A program made the translations under genes and the position numbers. Below are positions 1-8,893 of a stretch of 58,000 bases of DNA, piece by piece; position 1 is the first letter of the stretch, and every line of letters starts with the position of its first letter. Source of the DNA: Thermoplasmatales archaeon SM1-50 (GTDB lineage: Archaea > Thermoplasmatota > E2 > DHVEG-1). The notes under the pieces were generated by a model. It saw only the letters and a list, made by a program, of their open reading frames with translations. It was not told the DNA's origin and made no database searches. The DNA lies in assembly GCA_001595945.1 (NCBI GenBank), contig LSSI01000052.1:1-58000 (forward strand), read 5' to 3'.

Positions 1-275
1 AAATCGTAGTTTCCCACCTTGATACTTACTTTCTCATTGACTCCAAGTGTGATATTTGCAGGGCTTGCTCTAAACCCCTCATTAAAAGCAAGTTGTGGTA
101 TTGTTTTCCCATAAGCCCATCCAAGGTAATTTAGCGCGGGAAATGGTATCATATCTTTTAATTTTGGGATATCAATATCAAATATCTTTGCTTCTACAAC
201 CACAACCTGCTGGATTATGAGTGGACAGAGAATAAATACAATAAGAATGAACCGTACATAGTTCTGGTATTTTAT
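1..275 (-). CDS. 5' part of a secreted hypothetical protein that runs off the window; apparent ATA start
   Basis: Manual translation: open frame (I)KYQNYVRFILIVFILCPLIIQQVVVVEAK... to window edge, with signal-like hydrophobic stretch. GGGGG RBS and TATA lie upstream. Confidence 0.6.
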   Translation of the reverse strand, partial: MKYQNYVRFILIVFILCPLIIQQVVVVEAKIFDIDIPKLKDMIPFPALNYLGWAYGKTIPQLAFNEGFRASPANITLGVNEKVSIKVGNYD

Positions 276-360
276 AGGATGTCCCCCCTACGCATCAATC
301 ATGTCATACATTACAATCGACTATATCCATATAAATATTTTGAAAAAATAAAAATCTTAT

Positions 361-393
361 AACAGGTGGGTGAGGAAGCAGTGACACCGTTTA
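361..393 (-). repeat. Intergenic cassette-boundary repeat copy
   Basis: AACAGGTGGGTGAGGAAGCAGTGACACCGTTTA; overlaps the TAA of CDS 391..783. Confidence 0.9.
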
Positions 394-783
394 TAATGCT
401 AGAAACTCGTATTTAACATAATCAATATTTTCAGCATAATCATCATAACTGTGTACCGTAACTGAAAACTCTTTGGTGTATGTATTCGCTAAATAATAAA
501 TAGTATCGGTTCGTTTGAATAGAAAATGATCATTTTCATCATAGAACTTAACGGTCACTGATACTCCGTTCAACATATAACCTGCTACATTTTTTATTGT
601 TCCTTTATAATAATCATACCAACCGACGATTGTACTGTGACGTTCATAATCAGTATCAATCAATTTAACTTTAGCTATTTCACTTGTTTTATCATTTTCA
701 GAGTTTGATTGTTCAGTGCATCCACTCAATAATCCAGTACAAATAAAAAGGATGATAGCCCACAACATTACAATTTTTTTCAT
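391..783 (-). CDS. FxLYD-domain lipoprotein
   Basis: LSGC lipobox; GTIKN...VTVKFYDEND motif. Confidence 0.8.
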   Translation of the reverse strand: MKKIVMLWAIILFICTGLLSGCTEQSNSENDKTSEIAKVKLIDTDYERHSTIVGWYDYYKGTIKNVAGYMLNGVSVTVKFYDENDHFLFKRTDTIYYLANTYTKEFSVTVHSYDDYAENIDYVKYEFLAL

Positions 784-986
784 ATCCCTTACCTTCCTCT
801 CCTGCTTTGTAACTATTCTTTCCTTAAAAACTTATACCCGACCCTACTTTTTTAAATAACATAGAAAGGAAGGGGATAGGACTCTCTTGGGGTCCTATCG
901 GCCGGAATATTACCCCCAAGGGGCTTTTAACCTCTACGAGCCTTCTATGAGCCTTATTTTTCAAGCCCCCTTTGAATAACTCCAAA

Positions 987-1008
987 GGTTCAAATCCCTC
1001 CCCCTGCA
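987..1008 (+). repeat. tRNA 3' fragment (T-arm plus acceptor strand, tRNA-Leu-like); att-like remnant
   Basis: GGTTCAAATCCCTCCCCCTGCA with no upstream D or anticodon arms. Confidence 0.75.
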
Positions 1009-1105
1009 TACTTTTTCATTATTGTGATAATAAGGAAATCCTTACTGTTGAATGAAAAAATATAAATACGTGGTATGCTTTAGCATTGCATGTGGAGGAT
1101 TGTTT

Positions 1106-1699
1106 ATGAGAAAAAAAGTAGTTGTAATATTTGTAATAATGCTGATGCTTACAATGGGCATTTCGTATTCTGTAGCCGGCATTCCTTCCAATAAAAATTC
1201 TCAATTAGACGATGAAAAAATATCAGCAAATATTGATGCACCATTAACAGTAAGAGCAGAGGTAAAAAATGTAGATGAAAGAAAAGTTGTCTTGAATGTG
1301 TACGCAACAAACACCTGGAATGAACAAATAGAAGTAAATTGGGGTGGCAAACGCATCACATCCGCAGTTTGGTATCTTCCAAATGGAGAATGGGATTCAA
1401 GAATTTTTGTATATTACCCATATCATAGAAATATGTTTAGTTTTATCAATCGTTTTATTAATACAAAATTTAAACCAGGTGAGGAAAGACTTTTACAGAC
1501 AACGGTATTTTTTGGTTTGACAAATATCATTCTGCCTATGATAGCCCGAGGAAATCATAATATCATTGAATCTTTTCCATGGTTGCCTGATGGAGAATAC
1601 AGATTCGACGCGACAATAAATCCTTATAGGCTTGCTGGGGATTGGCACCAGTACCATACTTTTTCCTCAGAGGCTGTGTACTTTCATTTCGGCTCTTAA
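1106..1699 (+). CDS. Secreted hypothetical protein
   Basis: GGAGG RBS before ATG 1106; signal peptide MRKKVVVIFVIMLML. Confidence 0.75.
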   Translation: MRKKVVVIFVIMLMLTMGISYSVAGIPSNKNSQLDDEKISANIDAPLTVRAEVKNVDERKVVLNVYATNTWNEQIEVNWGGKRITSAVWYLPNGEWDSRIFVYYPYHRNMFSFINRFINTKFKPGEERLLQTTVFFGLTNIILPMIARGNHNIIESFPWLPDGEYRFDATINPYRLAGDWHQYHTFSSEAVYFHFGS

Positions 1700-1782
1700 T
1701 ATGTCTCAGAGAGTACAATCAAATGTATGATGATATTTAATTAAAGATGCTTCTAAAGGCACTTGTTGTCGTTCCAATAAAC

Positions 1783-1807
1783 GCGGGTTCAAATCCTTTC
1801 CCCTGCA
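1783..1807 (+). repeat. tRNA 3' fragment, direct repeat of 987-1008
   Basis: GCGGGTTCAAATCCTTTCCCCTGCA. Confidence 0.75.
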
Positions 1808-1820
1808 CTTGAAAATAAAT

Positions 1821-1863
1821 TCTCAGAAAATTGGGGTGGTGAGGAAGCAGATGGAAAGTTTTG
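1821..1863 (-). repeat. Cassette-boundary repeat copy (degenerate)
   Basis: TCTCAGAAAATTGGGGTGGTGAGGAAGCAGATGGAAAGTTTT; a few nt from the stop at 1868. Confidence 0.7.
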
Positions 1864-1867
1864 AATC

Positions 1868-3064
1868 TTATGTTATTCCAATAACAAAGAACAGGAGAAT
1901 AAATCCTGATGCAGTCATCTCAATATCATCAACTTTTACGGTAATGGAGATAGGACCAAGACCAAACAATTGTAATGAAACCACGGGTAATGTTTCTCCT
2001 GCAGTGATGTCGATTGTACCATTCATCGTTGTATTAATCAACCCGAAAATGCCGCCTTCCACGTGAATCCACCATGTGATATTGTCCGCGTCTGTTTGTC
2101 CATTGTTGGTGACGAGTACATTGATTCCAAGACCTCCTGTAATATCGATAGTTAAATCTGGTGGTTCATTTACCCAACCATTCGGTTCCATGAACGGGTA
2201 GTGGTCTTGGTTGCTCCCACCAGGAATGTTGTATGGTGTGTCTCCGATGCCATCCCCATCAGTATCTGTTCCATTGTAGTCTGACCAGTAGTTGCCACCA
2301 GAGGGGTACCCATTGTCCCAGATGTTACTGCATTTATCATACGCGTTTTGAGCGTTATTTATAAGATTATTATGATACAGATGGTTGTTGTTGCCGGAAG
2401 AAAATTCGTAGCCTAGGTAGATGCCACAGTTGTTGTGTGATGCGTTGTTGCCTATAATGGTGTTGTTGCTGGAAGATATTAGGAGGATGCCAAGGTAGTT
2501 GTTTGATGCATTGTTGCCTATAATGGTGTTGTTGCTGGAATATCCTAGGAAGATGCCTTCGCTGTTGTTTGATGCTGTATTGTCTATGATAGCGGTGTTA
2601 TTAGAAAGTTCGAGGTAAATGCCACAGACGTTGTTGTGTGATGCGTTATTGCTTGCGATGGTGTTGTTGCTGGAAGAACCAAGGACGATGCCATGGAAAC
2701 CGTTCTGTATGGTGAAACCAGAAATCGTCACCCCATCTGAAGTAACACACACAACACTACCTGCCCCTCCACCATCAATAATTGTAGTATCCCTATTTTC
2801 CCCAATCAAATCGATTGTTTTATTCACCACTACATGCTCAGAATATGTTCCATTGTACACAAACACCGTATCACCAGGGTTTGCATCATTAATTGCACTT
2901 TGAATAGTCGTATAGTTCCCAGGTCCACTCCCACCAACATAGAGCCACCCACGACCTAATGGTTGAGGATTTGAATTTATTTGATAACCAGACACGACAC
3001 TTGCTCCAACAAACAACACGAGAATACCTAAAACAATACTATTCTTCAATACGCTGCTTTTCAT
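1868..3064 (-). CDS. Secreted NosD/CASH parallel beta-helix protein with C-terminal ~100 aa Ig-like module
   Basis: WLYVGGSGPGNYTTIQSAI N-terminal motif, GIxL..SSNNTI repeats, GGNYWSDY, C-terminal GGLG..FGLGPISITV domain. Confidence 0.9.
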   Translation of the reverse strand: MKSSVLKNSIVLGILVLFVGASVVSGYQINSNPQPLGRGWLYVGGSGPGNYTTIQSAINDANPGDTVFVYNGTYSEHVVVNKTIDLIGENRDTTIIDGGGAGSVVCVTSDGVTISGFTIQNGFHGIVLGSSSNNTIASNNASHNNVCGIYLELSNNTAIIDNTASNNSEGIFLGYSSNNTIIGNNASNNYLGILLISSSNNTIIGNNASHNNCGIYLGYEFSSGNNNHLYHNNLINNAQNAYDKCSNIWDNGYPSGGNYWSDYNGTDTDGDGIGDTPYNIPGGSNQDHYPFMEPNGWVNEPPDLTIDITGGLGINVLVTNNGQTDADNITWWIHVEGGIFGLINTTMNGTIDITAGETLPVVSLQLFGLGPISITVKVDDIEMTASGFILLFFVIGIT

Positions 3065-3146
3065 GGTCTGTTTCCTCCCCTAAAAAATGGGTGCAGGAAA
3101 TTAATATCCATTAATCTTATTTATATCTTATGATTGTATTTTAATC

Positions 3147-3160
3147 GTAACAAAAGTTAC
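3147..3160. promoter_or_regulatory. Palindromic operator GTAAC-N4-GTTAC upstream of TATA
   Basis: GTAACAAAAGTTAC; recurs at 21763, 26190 and 32021. Confidence 0.6.
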
Positions 3161-3165
3161 AAAAA

Positions 3166-3200
3166 GAAACATGGTTGGGGGAAAGCAGTGACACGGTTCC
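3166..3200 (-). repeat. Cassette-boundary repeat copy
   Basis: GAAACATGGTTGGGGGAAAGCAGTGACACGGTTCC. Confidence 0.9.
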
Positions 3201-3223
3201 ATAATCGGTTTTTTTGTGTAAAA

Positions 3224-4690
3224 TCAAGGGATGTCATAGGGTTCTTGTAATGGATGCCAATCAAAATTAATCCAAGGTATATTGACCCTTGAATTTCCTA
3301 ATCTCATTTTTCCTAAAATCAGTTTTGGAAAAATCCTTGGTCTTTCCCAATAATTGTCAGTCCAATTATTTATTCGATCACCTGAAAAAACAGAGAATCC
3401 TGCATTTCGACTATTATTAAGAAAATTATTAAACATTATATTGTTATTAGAGCCAAATTCAACGTGTAGTCCATATTTATTTTCTGAAATGATATTATTT
3501 TTTATGGTATTGTTCCATCCGATTAGATCAATCCCATATTCATTGTTTGCGATGAGGTTACCTTCGATATTAGTTCTTTGAGTAATACAGTAGAGTCCAT
3601 TACTATTGTTTAAGATTGTATTGCTCATAATATGGTGATCATACCCATGAAGATGAATCCCATACCTATTATCTGCGAGACAGTTATCAACAATGACACA
3701 ATTATCACTACCTTCTAACTGAATCCCAATCGAGGTATGTGTTAACTCTTGATTTTGAATGGTAATATTCTCACAGTAGACAAGAATTATTTGACCTGCT
3801 TGAATAGAGATTACTTTATCTGATACGTGATCTAAATAAACAAGTGATTTATTATTCACAGTATTATTAACGATATCATTTGTTTCTGTTATGGAGACAG
3901 AAACGAAAATACCATCATTGAAAAAGGTATTATTACAAACGATGTTTAACGTACCACTCACTAAAATCCCATTATTTACATTTGAATCTAAAAGATTATC
4001 AGAAATAAAAGTTGTATTTGATCTGGAGAGATAAATCCCTTGATTATTCGAAGAGAGGGTATTTCCAATTATTTTATTCTCTTGACAACAAAAGAGTTGT
4101 ATTCCGTCGCCTTTATTCGAATGAATAGTATTATTTAGAATTGAGTTATTATTACTTGAATACCACAGTCCTATCCCATTTAGTTGAGTAGAACTAATAC
4201 TATTCTCTGAAAGTATATTATTAAAACGGTTTTTATAAATATTAATTCCATCACAACAATCTTTTATATTGTTATTGGTGATTAAGGAACAGTTCGCTAC
4301 GATATCAACTCCAGCCATCTGCCAAAATTCACCGGAATTCTGCAAAGTAAATCCTTCCACGCATACTCCATCAGCAGAAATTTTGATGACATCTCCGTTT
4401 CCTCCGGCATCTATTACCGTAGTATTTTTATTTTCACCAATCAAATTGAGTGCTTTATTTACCGTGATTCCTTCATAATAGGGGGAGGAATCATCATAGA
4501 CAAAGATGGTATCACCAGGATTCGCATCATTTATCGCACTTTGAATGGATGTATAATTTCCTGGTCCGTCGCCACCGACATACAACCAACCACGGTTCAA
4601 TGATTGATGACTTGTATGTATTTGAAAACCAGAGACTACACTTCCTCCAATAAATAACAGTATTATTCCAACAGCTAATATTTTCCGCAT
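3224..4690 (-). CDS. Secreted NosD/CASH beta-helix protein
   Basis: WLYVGGDGPGNY motif, beta-helix repeats, C-terminal NYWERPR...FDWHPLQEPY. Confidence 0.9.
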   Translation of the reverse strand: MRKILAVGIILLFIGGSVVSGFQIHTSHQSLNRGWLYVGGDGPGNYTSIQSAINDANPGDTIFVYDDSSPYYEGITVNKALNLIGENKNTTVIDAGGNGDVIKISADGVCVEGFTLQNSGEFWQMAGVDIVANCSLITNNNIKDCCDGINIYKNRFNNILSENSISSTQLNGIGLWYSSNNNSILNNTIHSNKGDGIQLFCCQENKIIGNTLSSNNQGIYLSRSNTTFISDNLLDSNVNNGILVSGTLNIVCNNTFFNDGIFVSVSITETNDIVNNTVNNKSLVYLDHVSDKVISIQAGQIILVYCENITIQNQELTHTSIGIQLEGSDNCVIVDNCLADNRYGIHLHGYDHHIMSNTILNNSNGLYCITQRTNIEGNLIANNEYGIDLIGWNNTIKNNIISENKYGLHVEFGSNNNIMFNNFLNNSRNAGFSVFSGDRINNWTDNYWERPRIFPKLILGKMRLGNSRVNIPWINFDWHPLQEPYDIP

Positions 4691-4790
4691 GTTCTAATTC
4701 CTCCCCCTGTTAAAACAACAGGTCTAAGATTCATATAATGTTATTTTATTTAAAGGTTTGGAAACAATATAAAAAAAACAAAAACAAAGG

Positions 4791-4823
4791 CAGGTGGGTG
4801 GGAAAGCAGTGACAGGGTTTACA
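4791..4823 (-). repeat. Cassette-boundary repeat copy
   Basis: CAGGTGGGTGGGAAAGCAGTGACAGGGTTTACA. Confidence 0.9.
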
Positions 4824-4997
4824 TCAATAATAATGAGAAGGGTTTCTTAATAAAAATATCTAAAAATATCAAACAAAAAAAAGAAAAAAATTGGAGATTT
4901 TTAAAATCCCAATAGTTGCTGTATAATTGCTCCCACTAACCAGGTATGTCCTTCAGCACATAACTATCCAGGCTTTGGATGGATATTCATACTATTA

Positions 4998-5405
4998 TCA
5001 TACTTGCATGATGAAAAGGAATATCCAGCCAATCTCTGTTCTTTTAACAGGGTCAGCATTTGATGCCTGAGCAGAGACAGTAATTTCCATTGGACGCAAT
5101 ACTCCAAATCCAAACACAGGACCTGAAAAAATATTTTTTTCTCCTCCTACATCAATACTGTCACAAGCACCATTCCTTTCACTACCAAGCGGGATGAGAA
5201 CTATGCCACCTTCAAAACGTATCGACCACGCAACGTCCTTGGCAGGTGCATCTCCAATGTTTTTAATGATTGATGCGACACCAACGAGTAATCCTTCATC
5301 TATCTCTCCTATTTCAAGGACAGTGCTCTGATGGGCCAAACCCGCTGTCGAAAAAATTGGTAACATTACCAGCATACAAATAACAATACAATATTGTTTT
5401 CTCAA
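4998..5405 (-). CDS. Small secreted Ig/CARDB-like protein (stand-alone C-terminal module family)
   Basis: GGAGG RBS with TTG start; signal peptide; IKNIGD..WSI.FEGG..FGFG motif. Confidence 0.8.
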   Translation of the reverse strand: MRKQYCIVICMLVMLPIFSTAGLAHQSTVLEIGEIDEGLLVGVASIIKNIGDAPAKDVAWSIRFEGGIVLIPLGSERNGACDSIDVGGEKNIFSGPVFGFGVLRPMEITVSAQASNADPVKRTEIGWIFLFIMQV

Positions 5406-5499
5406 GAAATTTCCTCCTTAGATCATTATAAGTGAATATTATTATTTATAATTTTCCTTTTTAGAGATAAAACTGTGTACAATTTCCCCCGTAAAAACA

Positions 5500-5546
5500 T
5501 ATCCTCAGAAACAGATTAGGTGCCGGAAAACAGTGATACGGTCTAC
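5500..5546 (-). repeat. Cassette-boundary repeat copy
   Basis: TATCCTCAGAAACAGATTAGGTGCCGGAAAACAGTGATACGGTCT. Confidence 0.85.
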
Positions 5547-5620
5547 TCTTAAGGGGTTTTTGCGAAAGCATTATGATAAAAAAGATAAGGCGCAAATTGT
5601 GAATCTGCAGTCACTGCTAC

Positions 5621-6973
5621 TTACGTGTAGATAGCAGGGTACCCCCCAATTTTTAGGCTAGGATCACCTAAAATAATGATTTCTTGTAGAGTCATATAAT
5701 CCTTCCAAGTATCATTTATAAATGAAGTAACTGCTTTTATGTACATCTCTGAAAGTTTTATCCCAGGTTCGTATGATTCAAAAAATTTTATAATTAGTAA
5801 TCCACCAAAGCTAGAGAGGGGGTCTTCTCGATTTAAATGACCCTTTCGTGTTGAACCAATAGTTGCAATCGAACCACCCTTCTCATACTTTAAAAATTCC
5901 CAGGCAATACATCGTTGTAACTTAGTGGTATCAACTCCTAAAAACTGTAAAAAACTGTCCATTCTTACTAAACCAAATTCTATCAGGAGGCTATATACTG
6001 AAGCATCAAGCTGGGCATTATAGCACCCACCAATAAAAGCAACTGGTAATTTATCTATATTATTAAGTCCTTTAATGAATAATTTATGATAATTCGCAAT
6101 AGCCATATGCCTACCATGAGCAAAGAAAAGAAACAATCCAGCGCCTGTATTCAATTCCTTATTTATGAGACGTGGTTTAAGCGTACCTAATGATTCATAC
6201 AATTTTACTGACGTAAAATTTTTCAGTAATTCTCCAACCCAATCAGTTATCATCTCACATTGATAGCCTGGTTCAGGAAAACCATCCTCACCCGCAAGAA
6301 TCAACCGATGAAACCACTCACCAAACGACTGTGTCTCATATGAAATAATTTTATCTATGACATTTGCTAATTCATTATCATTGCCACAGGGTATTCGTCC
6401 CACACCAATATCTGGATATAAATCAACCTCATCAACCACCTCAATCTCACCCGGATTTTCACCCATATTATATAAATAAAATTCAGAAAAAACATTATCA
6501 TTATTTGAATCCCAACTACTGAAATTTCCCTCAGCATCAAAGATATCAGCATAATACAAATCAGTGATAATATTATCAACTTGTATTAGATCAGCACCCG
6601 GCCATATATGGTTCACCTCAGTCGTCCTAATTGGTAAGGTGTCTACATCACCTATCAACAACACATAAGAAATACCTAGAGTTTCAACGGCTTCATAAAG
6701 ATAATATTTTATCTGTTCCGCTTCATCACGTCCATCATATTCAGTATAAATCTCTTCAGTTGTTTTTAAAAATGTTTGTATCCCAACAGTGTTCTTATGG
6801 GCAAGCAATGGTTGAAGTACATCAGAAAACATCTCTGGTGCAATAATTACCATGTCATATTCATCTAAAAGTACAGGTTGTTTCAAAGTTGTTTCTTGTA
6901 ATAGTGATGCCCCCGCTCCAAGTCCACTTATAAATAAAATACTTGTTAATATAATTGATAGTATTTTTTTCAT
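5621..6973 (-). CDS. Peptidase C25 (gingipain-like) cysteine protease, secreted
   Basis: YVLLIGD, TDLYYAD, VGRIP, catalytic AHG and GC motifs, LGDPSLKIGG. Confidence 0.9.
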   Translation of the reverse strand: MKKILSIILTSILFISGLGAGASLLQETTLKQPVLLDEYDMVIIAPEMFSDVLQPLLAHKNTVGIQTFLKTTEEIYTEYDGRDEAEQIKYYLYEAVETLGISYVLLIGDVDTLPIRTTEVNHIWPGADLIQVDNIITDLYYADIFDAEGNFSSWDSNNDNVFSEFYLYNMGENPGEIEVVDEVDLYPDIGVGRIPCGNDNELANVIDKIISYETQSFGEWFHRLILAGEDGFPEPGYQCEMITDWVGELLKNFTSVKLYESLGTLKPRLINKELNTGAGLFLFFAHGRHMAIANYHKLFIKGLNNIDKLPVAFIGGCYNAQLDASVYSLLIEFGLVRMDSFLQFLGVDTTKLQRCIAWEFLKYEKGGSIATIGSTRKGHLNREDPLSSFGGLLIIKFFESYEPGIKLSEMYIKAVTSFINDTWKDYMTLQEIIILGDPSLKIGGYPAIYT

Positions 6974-7080
6974 TTTTTCCCTCCGTTTAAATAAGGATTT
7001 TCACGCCCTATTATTAATATATTAAAAGTTAATAAGTTGTTATTTTACTTAAATGTTTGGAACCAATAAAAATCATATTT

Positions 7081-7116
7081 TAGGGTAGGTAGGGAAGCAG
7101 TGACACGGTTTACAGG
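7081..7116 (-). repeat. Cassette-boundary repeat copy
   Basis: TAGGGTAGGTAGGGAAGCAGTGACACGGTTTACAGG. Confidence 0.9.
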
Positions 7117-7288
7117 CAGAGAGGTATTTGTTTTTGTGCCAATTGTTAATAAAAAAATGTAAAGGGGGAAAGGAAGATAAATAGGGGGTTTATAAAGAAC
7201 GTAAAACGTCCCTTCCTCCTCTCCCATGACATAGCATGGCATACCATATATTTATACTTTGCTAATTATTTTCTTATTCGTTAATAAC

Positions 7289-7338
7289 ATCTTCTATGAA
7301 AAAAGGCGGGTGGAAAAACATTGACACGCTCTCTAAGA
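7289..7338 (-). repeat. Cassette-boundary repeat copy
   Basis: GGCGGGTGGAAAAACATTGACACGCTCTCTAAGA. Confidence 0.8.
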
Positions 7339-7434
7339 CACAAATGATACTGTTCTTTGTACGAAATCAAATGAAAAAAAATAAAAATTTTATAAAATAC
7401 AGTAGTCAAAAAATTTATAAACATTCCTAGATAC

Positions 7435-8763
7435 ATGAAAGTTTATATGCATACGATGATACTAAAAATATGGTGTTTTTTCGTTCTCACGCTCGTGGTT
7501 TTTGGACCAACAGTCACTTCAAAAACGATAGCAAAAGAACATCAACAGAGTGAGTATGAACAGAATGCCGTGTTACAGACAGATGAAAAAATTCAAAATA
7601 TATTACTTAAAATAAATGAAACACTTATAAAAAACTTTATGGAATCTTTAGTTTTAAAAATAGGTTTTAGGTATACTGGAACCTCTGGTTGTCAAAACGC
7701 GTCGCATTATATCTATGAGCAATTTGAAAACATGGGCATACAAGTACGATATCACAATTGGAGTGCAAAAATAAACAAATCAAATCCGACCGTTGTTGCA
7801 TCACAAAATGTCGAAGCAACACAGCCAGGATCAGATCCAAATTATGATGACATAATAATTTTTAATGCACATTATGATTCAGCAAAAGGAACAGTTGGCG
7901 CAAATGATGATGGCTCAGGGACAGTCGCCGTTCTTGCTGCTGCATATGCTCTTAGTCAATATAGTTTTAAAAGAACCATGAAATTTGTAACATTTTCCGG
8001 GGAAGAACAAGGCCTTTTCGGAAGTGATGCATATGTCCGAGAACTCTATGATCAACGAACACCTGTTTTAGTGGAGTTCAACGCAGACGGAATAGGAAGA
8101 GCAACCACCGCCGAAAACGGAAGAAAAATCAGACTTTCTGTTACAGAAGATACAGGATGGATAGTAGATATTATGCAGAAGATAACCAAAGAATATGGTT
8201 TAAATTTTGACATCACTACTTTTTGGAAGGTAAACAGATATTTACCTATTGGTTTTAGTGATTATTATTATTTTACGAAATTTGGTTATGAATCAATAAG
8301 TGTATGGGAAGCTGAAGGGGATCCAAATTATCATTCACCCCAAGACAATATAAGTAATATCAATTTCAGTTATCTTGTGAATATCACAAGGCATATCGCT
8401 GCGACAATGGCAATCCTCGCAGATATGCAGGTAGAAGTACCACAGGTGTATATTGCAAACCCAAGAGCAGGAAAAATAATTTATAATGATATTATCCTTA
8501 AAAATACAAAATATGTAACATCCCTAATTATTAATGAAACCAATATTTATGCCGAAGTAAAACCAGGAGTATATCCAATTGATAGAGTAGAATTTTATTA
8601 CGGCAATAAACTATTTTTTACTGATACTGAAAAACCCTACGAATATTTGCTTAATAAAAGATCAATAGGTTTGCATAAGATAAAAGTTGTCATCTATGAT
8701 TCAAAGGGAAACAGTGCAACAGATCAAATGAAAATATTGTTTTTCAATATACAAACTAAATAA
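7435..8763 (+). CDS. M28 family aminopeptidase with C-terminal Ig-like domain
   Basis: AHYDS, GANDDGSG, GEEQGLFGS, SDY, YHSPQD zinc motifs; IDRVEFY Ig module. Confidence 0.92.
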   Translation: MKVYMHTMILKIWCFFVLTLVVFGPTVTSKTIAKEHQQSEYEQNAVLQTDEKIQNILLKINETLIKNFMESLVLKIGFRYTGTSGCQNASHYIYEQFENMGIQVRYHNWSAKINKSNPTVVASQNVEATQPGSDPNYDDIIIFNAHYDSAKGTVGANDDGSGTVAVLAAAYALSQYSFKRTMKFVTFSGEEQGLFGSDAYVRELYDQRTPVLVEFNADGIGRATTAENGRKIRLSVTEDTGWIVDIMQKITKEYGLNFDITTFWKVNRYLPIGFSDYYYFTKFGYESISVWEAEGDPNYHSPQDNISNINFSYLVNITRHIAATMAILADMQVEVPQVYIANPRAGKIIYNDIILKNTKYVTSLIINETNIYAEVKPGVYPIDRVEFYYGNKLFFTDTEKPYEYLLNKRSIGLHKIKVVIYDSKGNSATDQMKILFFNIQTK

Positions 8764-8818
8764 ACGAATAAAAAAATATTATTTCAATCTTTTTATAAGA
8801 TTATTTTCACATCCATAT

Positions 8819-8839
8819 GTTCAAATTTCTTCCCCTGTA
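8819..8839 (+). repeat. Degenerate tRNA 3' fragment
   Basis: GTTCAAATTTCTTCCCCTGTA, similar to 987 and 1783. Confidence 0.6.
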
Positions 8840-8848
8840 TTCATAAAT

Positions 8849-8893
8849 ATATCAGCAGAACCAGGTTGAAGGAACGCATTGACCTGATTCCTA
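8849..8893 (-). repeat. Cassette-boundary repeat copy
   Basis: ATATCAGCAGAACCAGGTTGAAGGAACGCATTGACCTGATTCCTA; abuts the stop at 8891. Confidence 0.7.

Noticed and set aside
987-1008. Intact tRNA gene
   Set aside because: Only the T-arm and acceptor 3' strand are present; no matching 5' acceptor, D arm or anticodon arm upstream.
824-1009. 61-aa ORF MQGEGFEP...
   Set aside because: Its start is simply the antisense reading of the tRNA fragment. Most other short ORFs overlapping longer genes were likewise treated as shadow ORFs.
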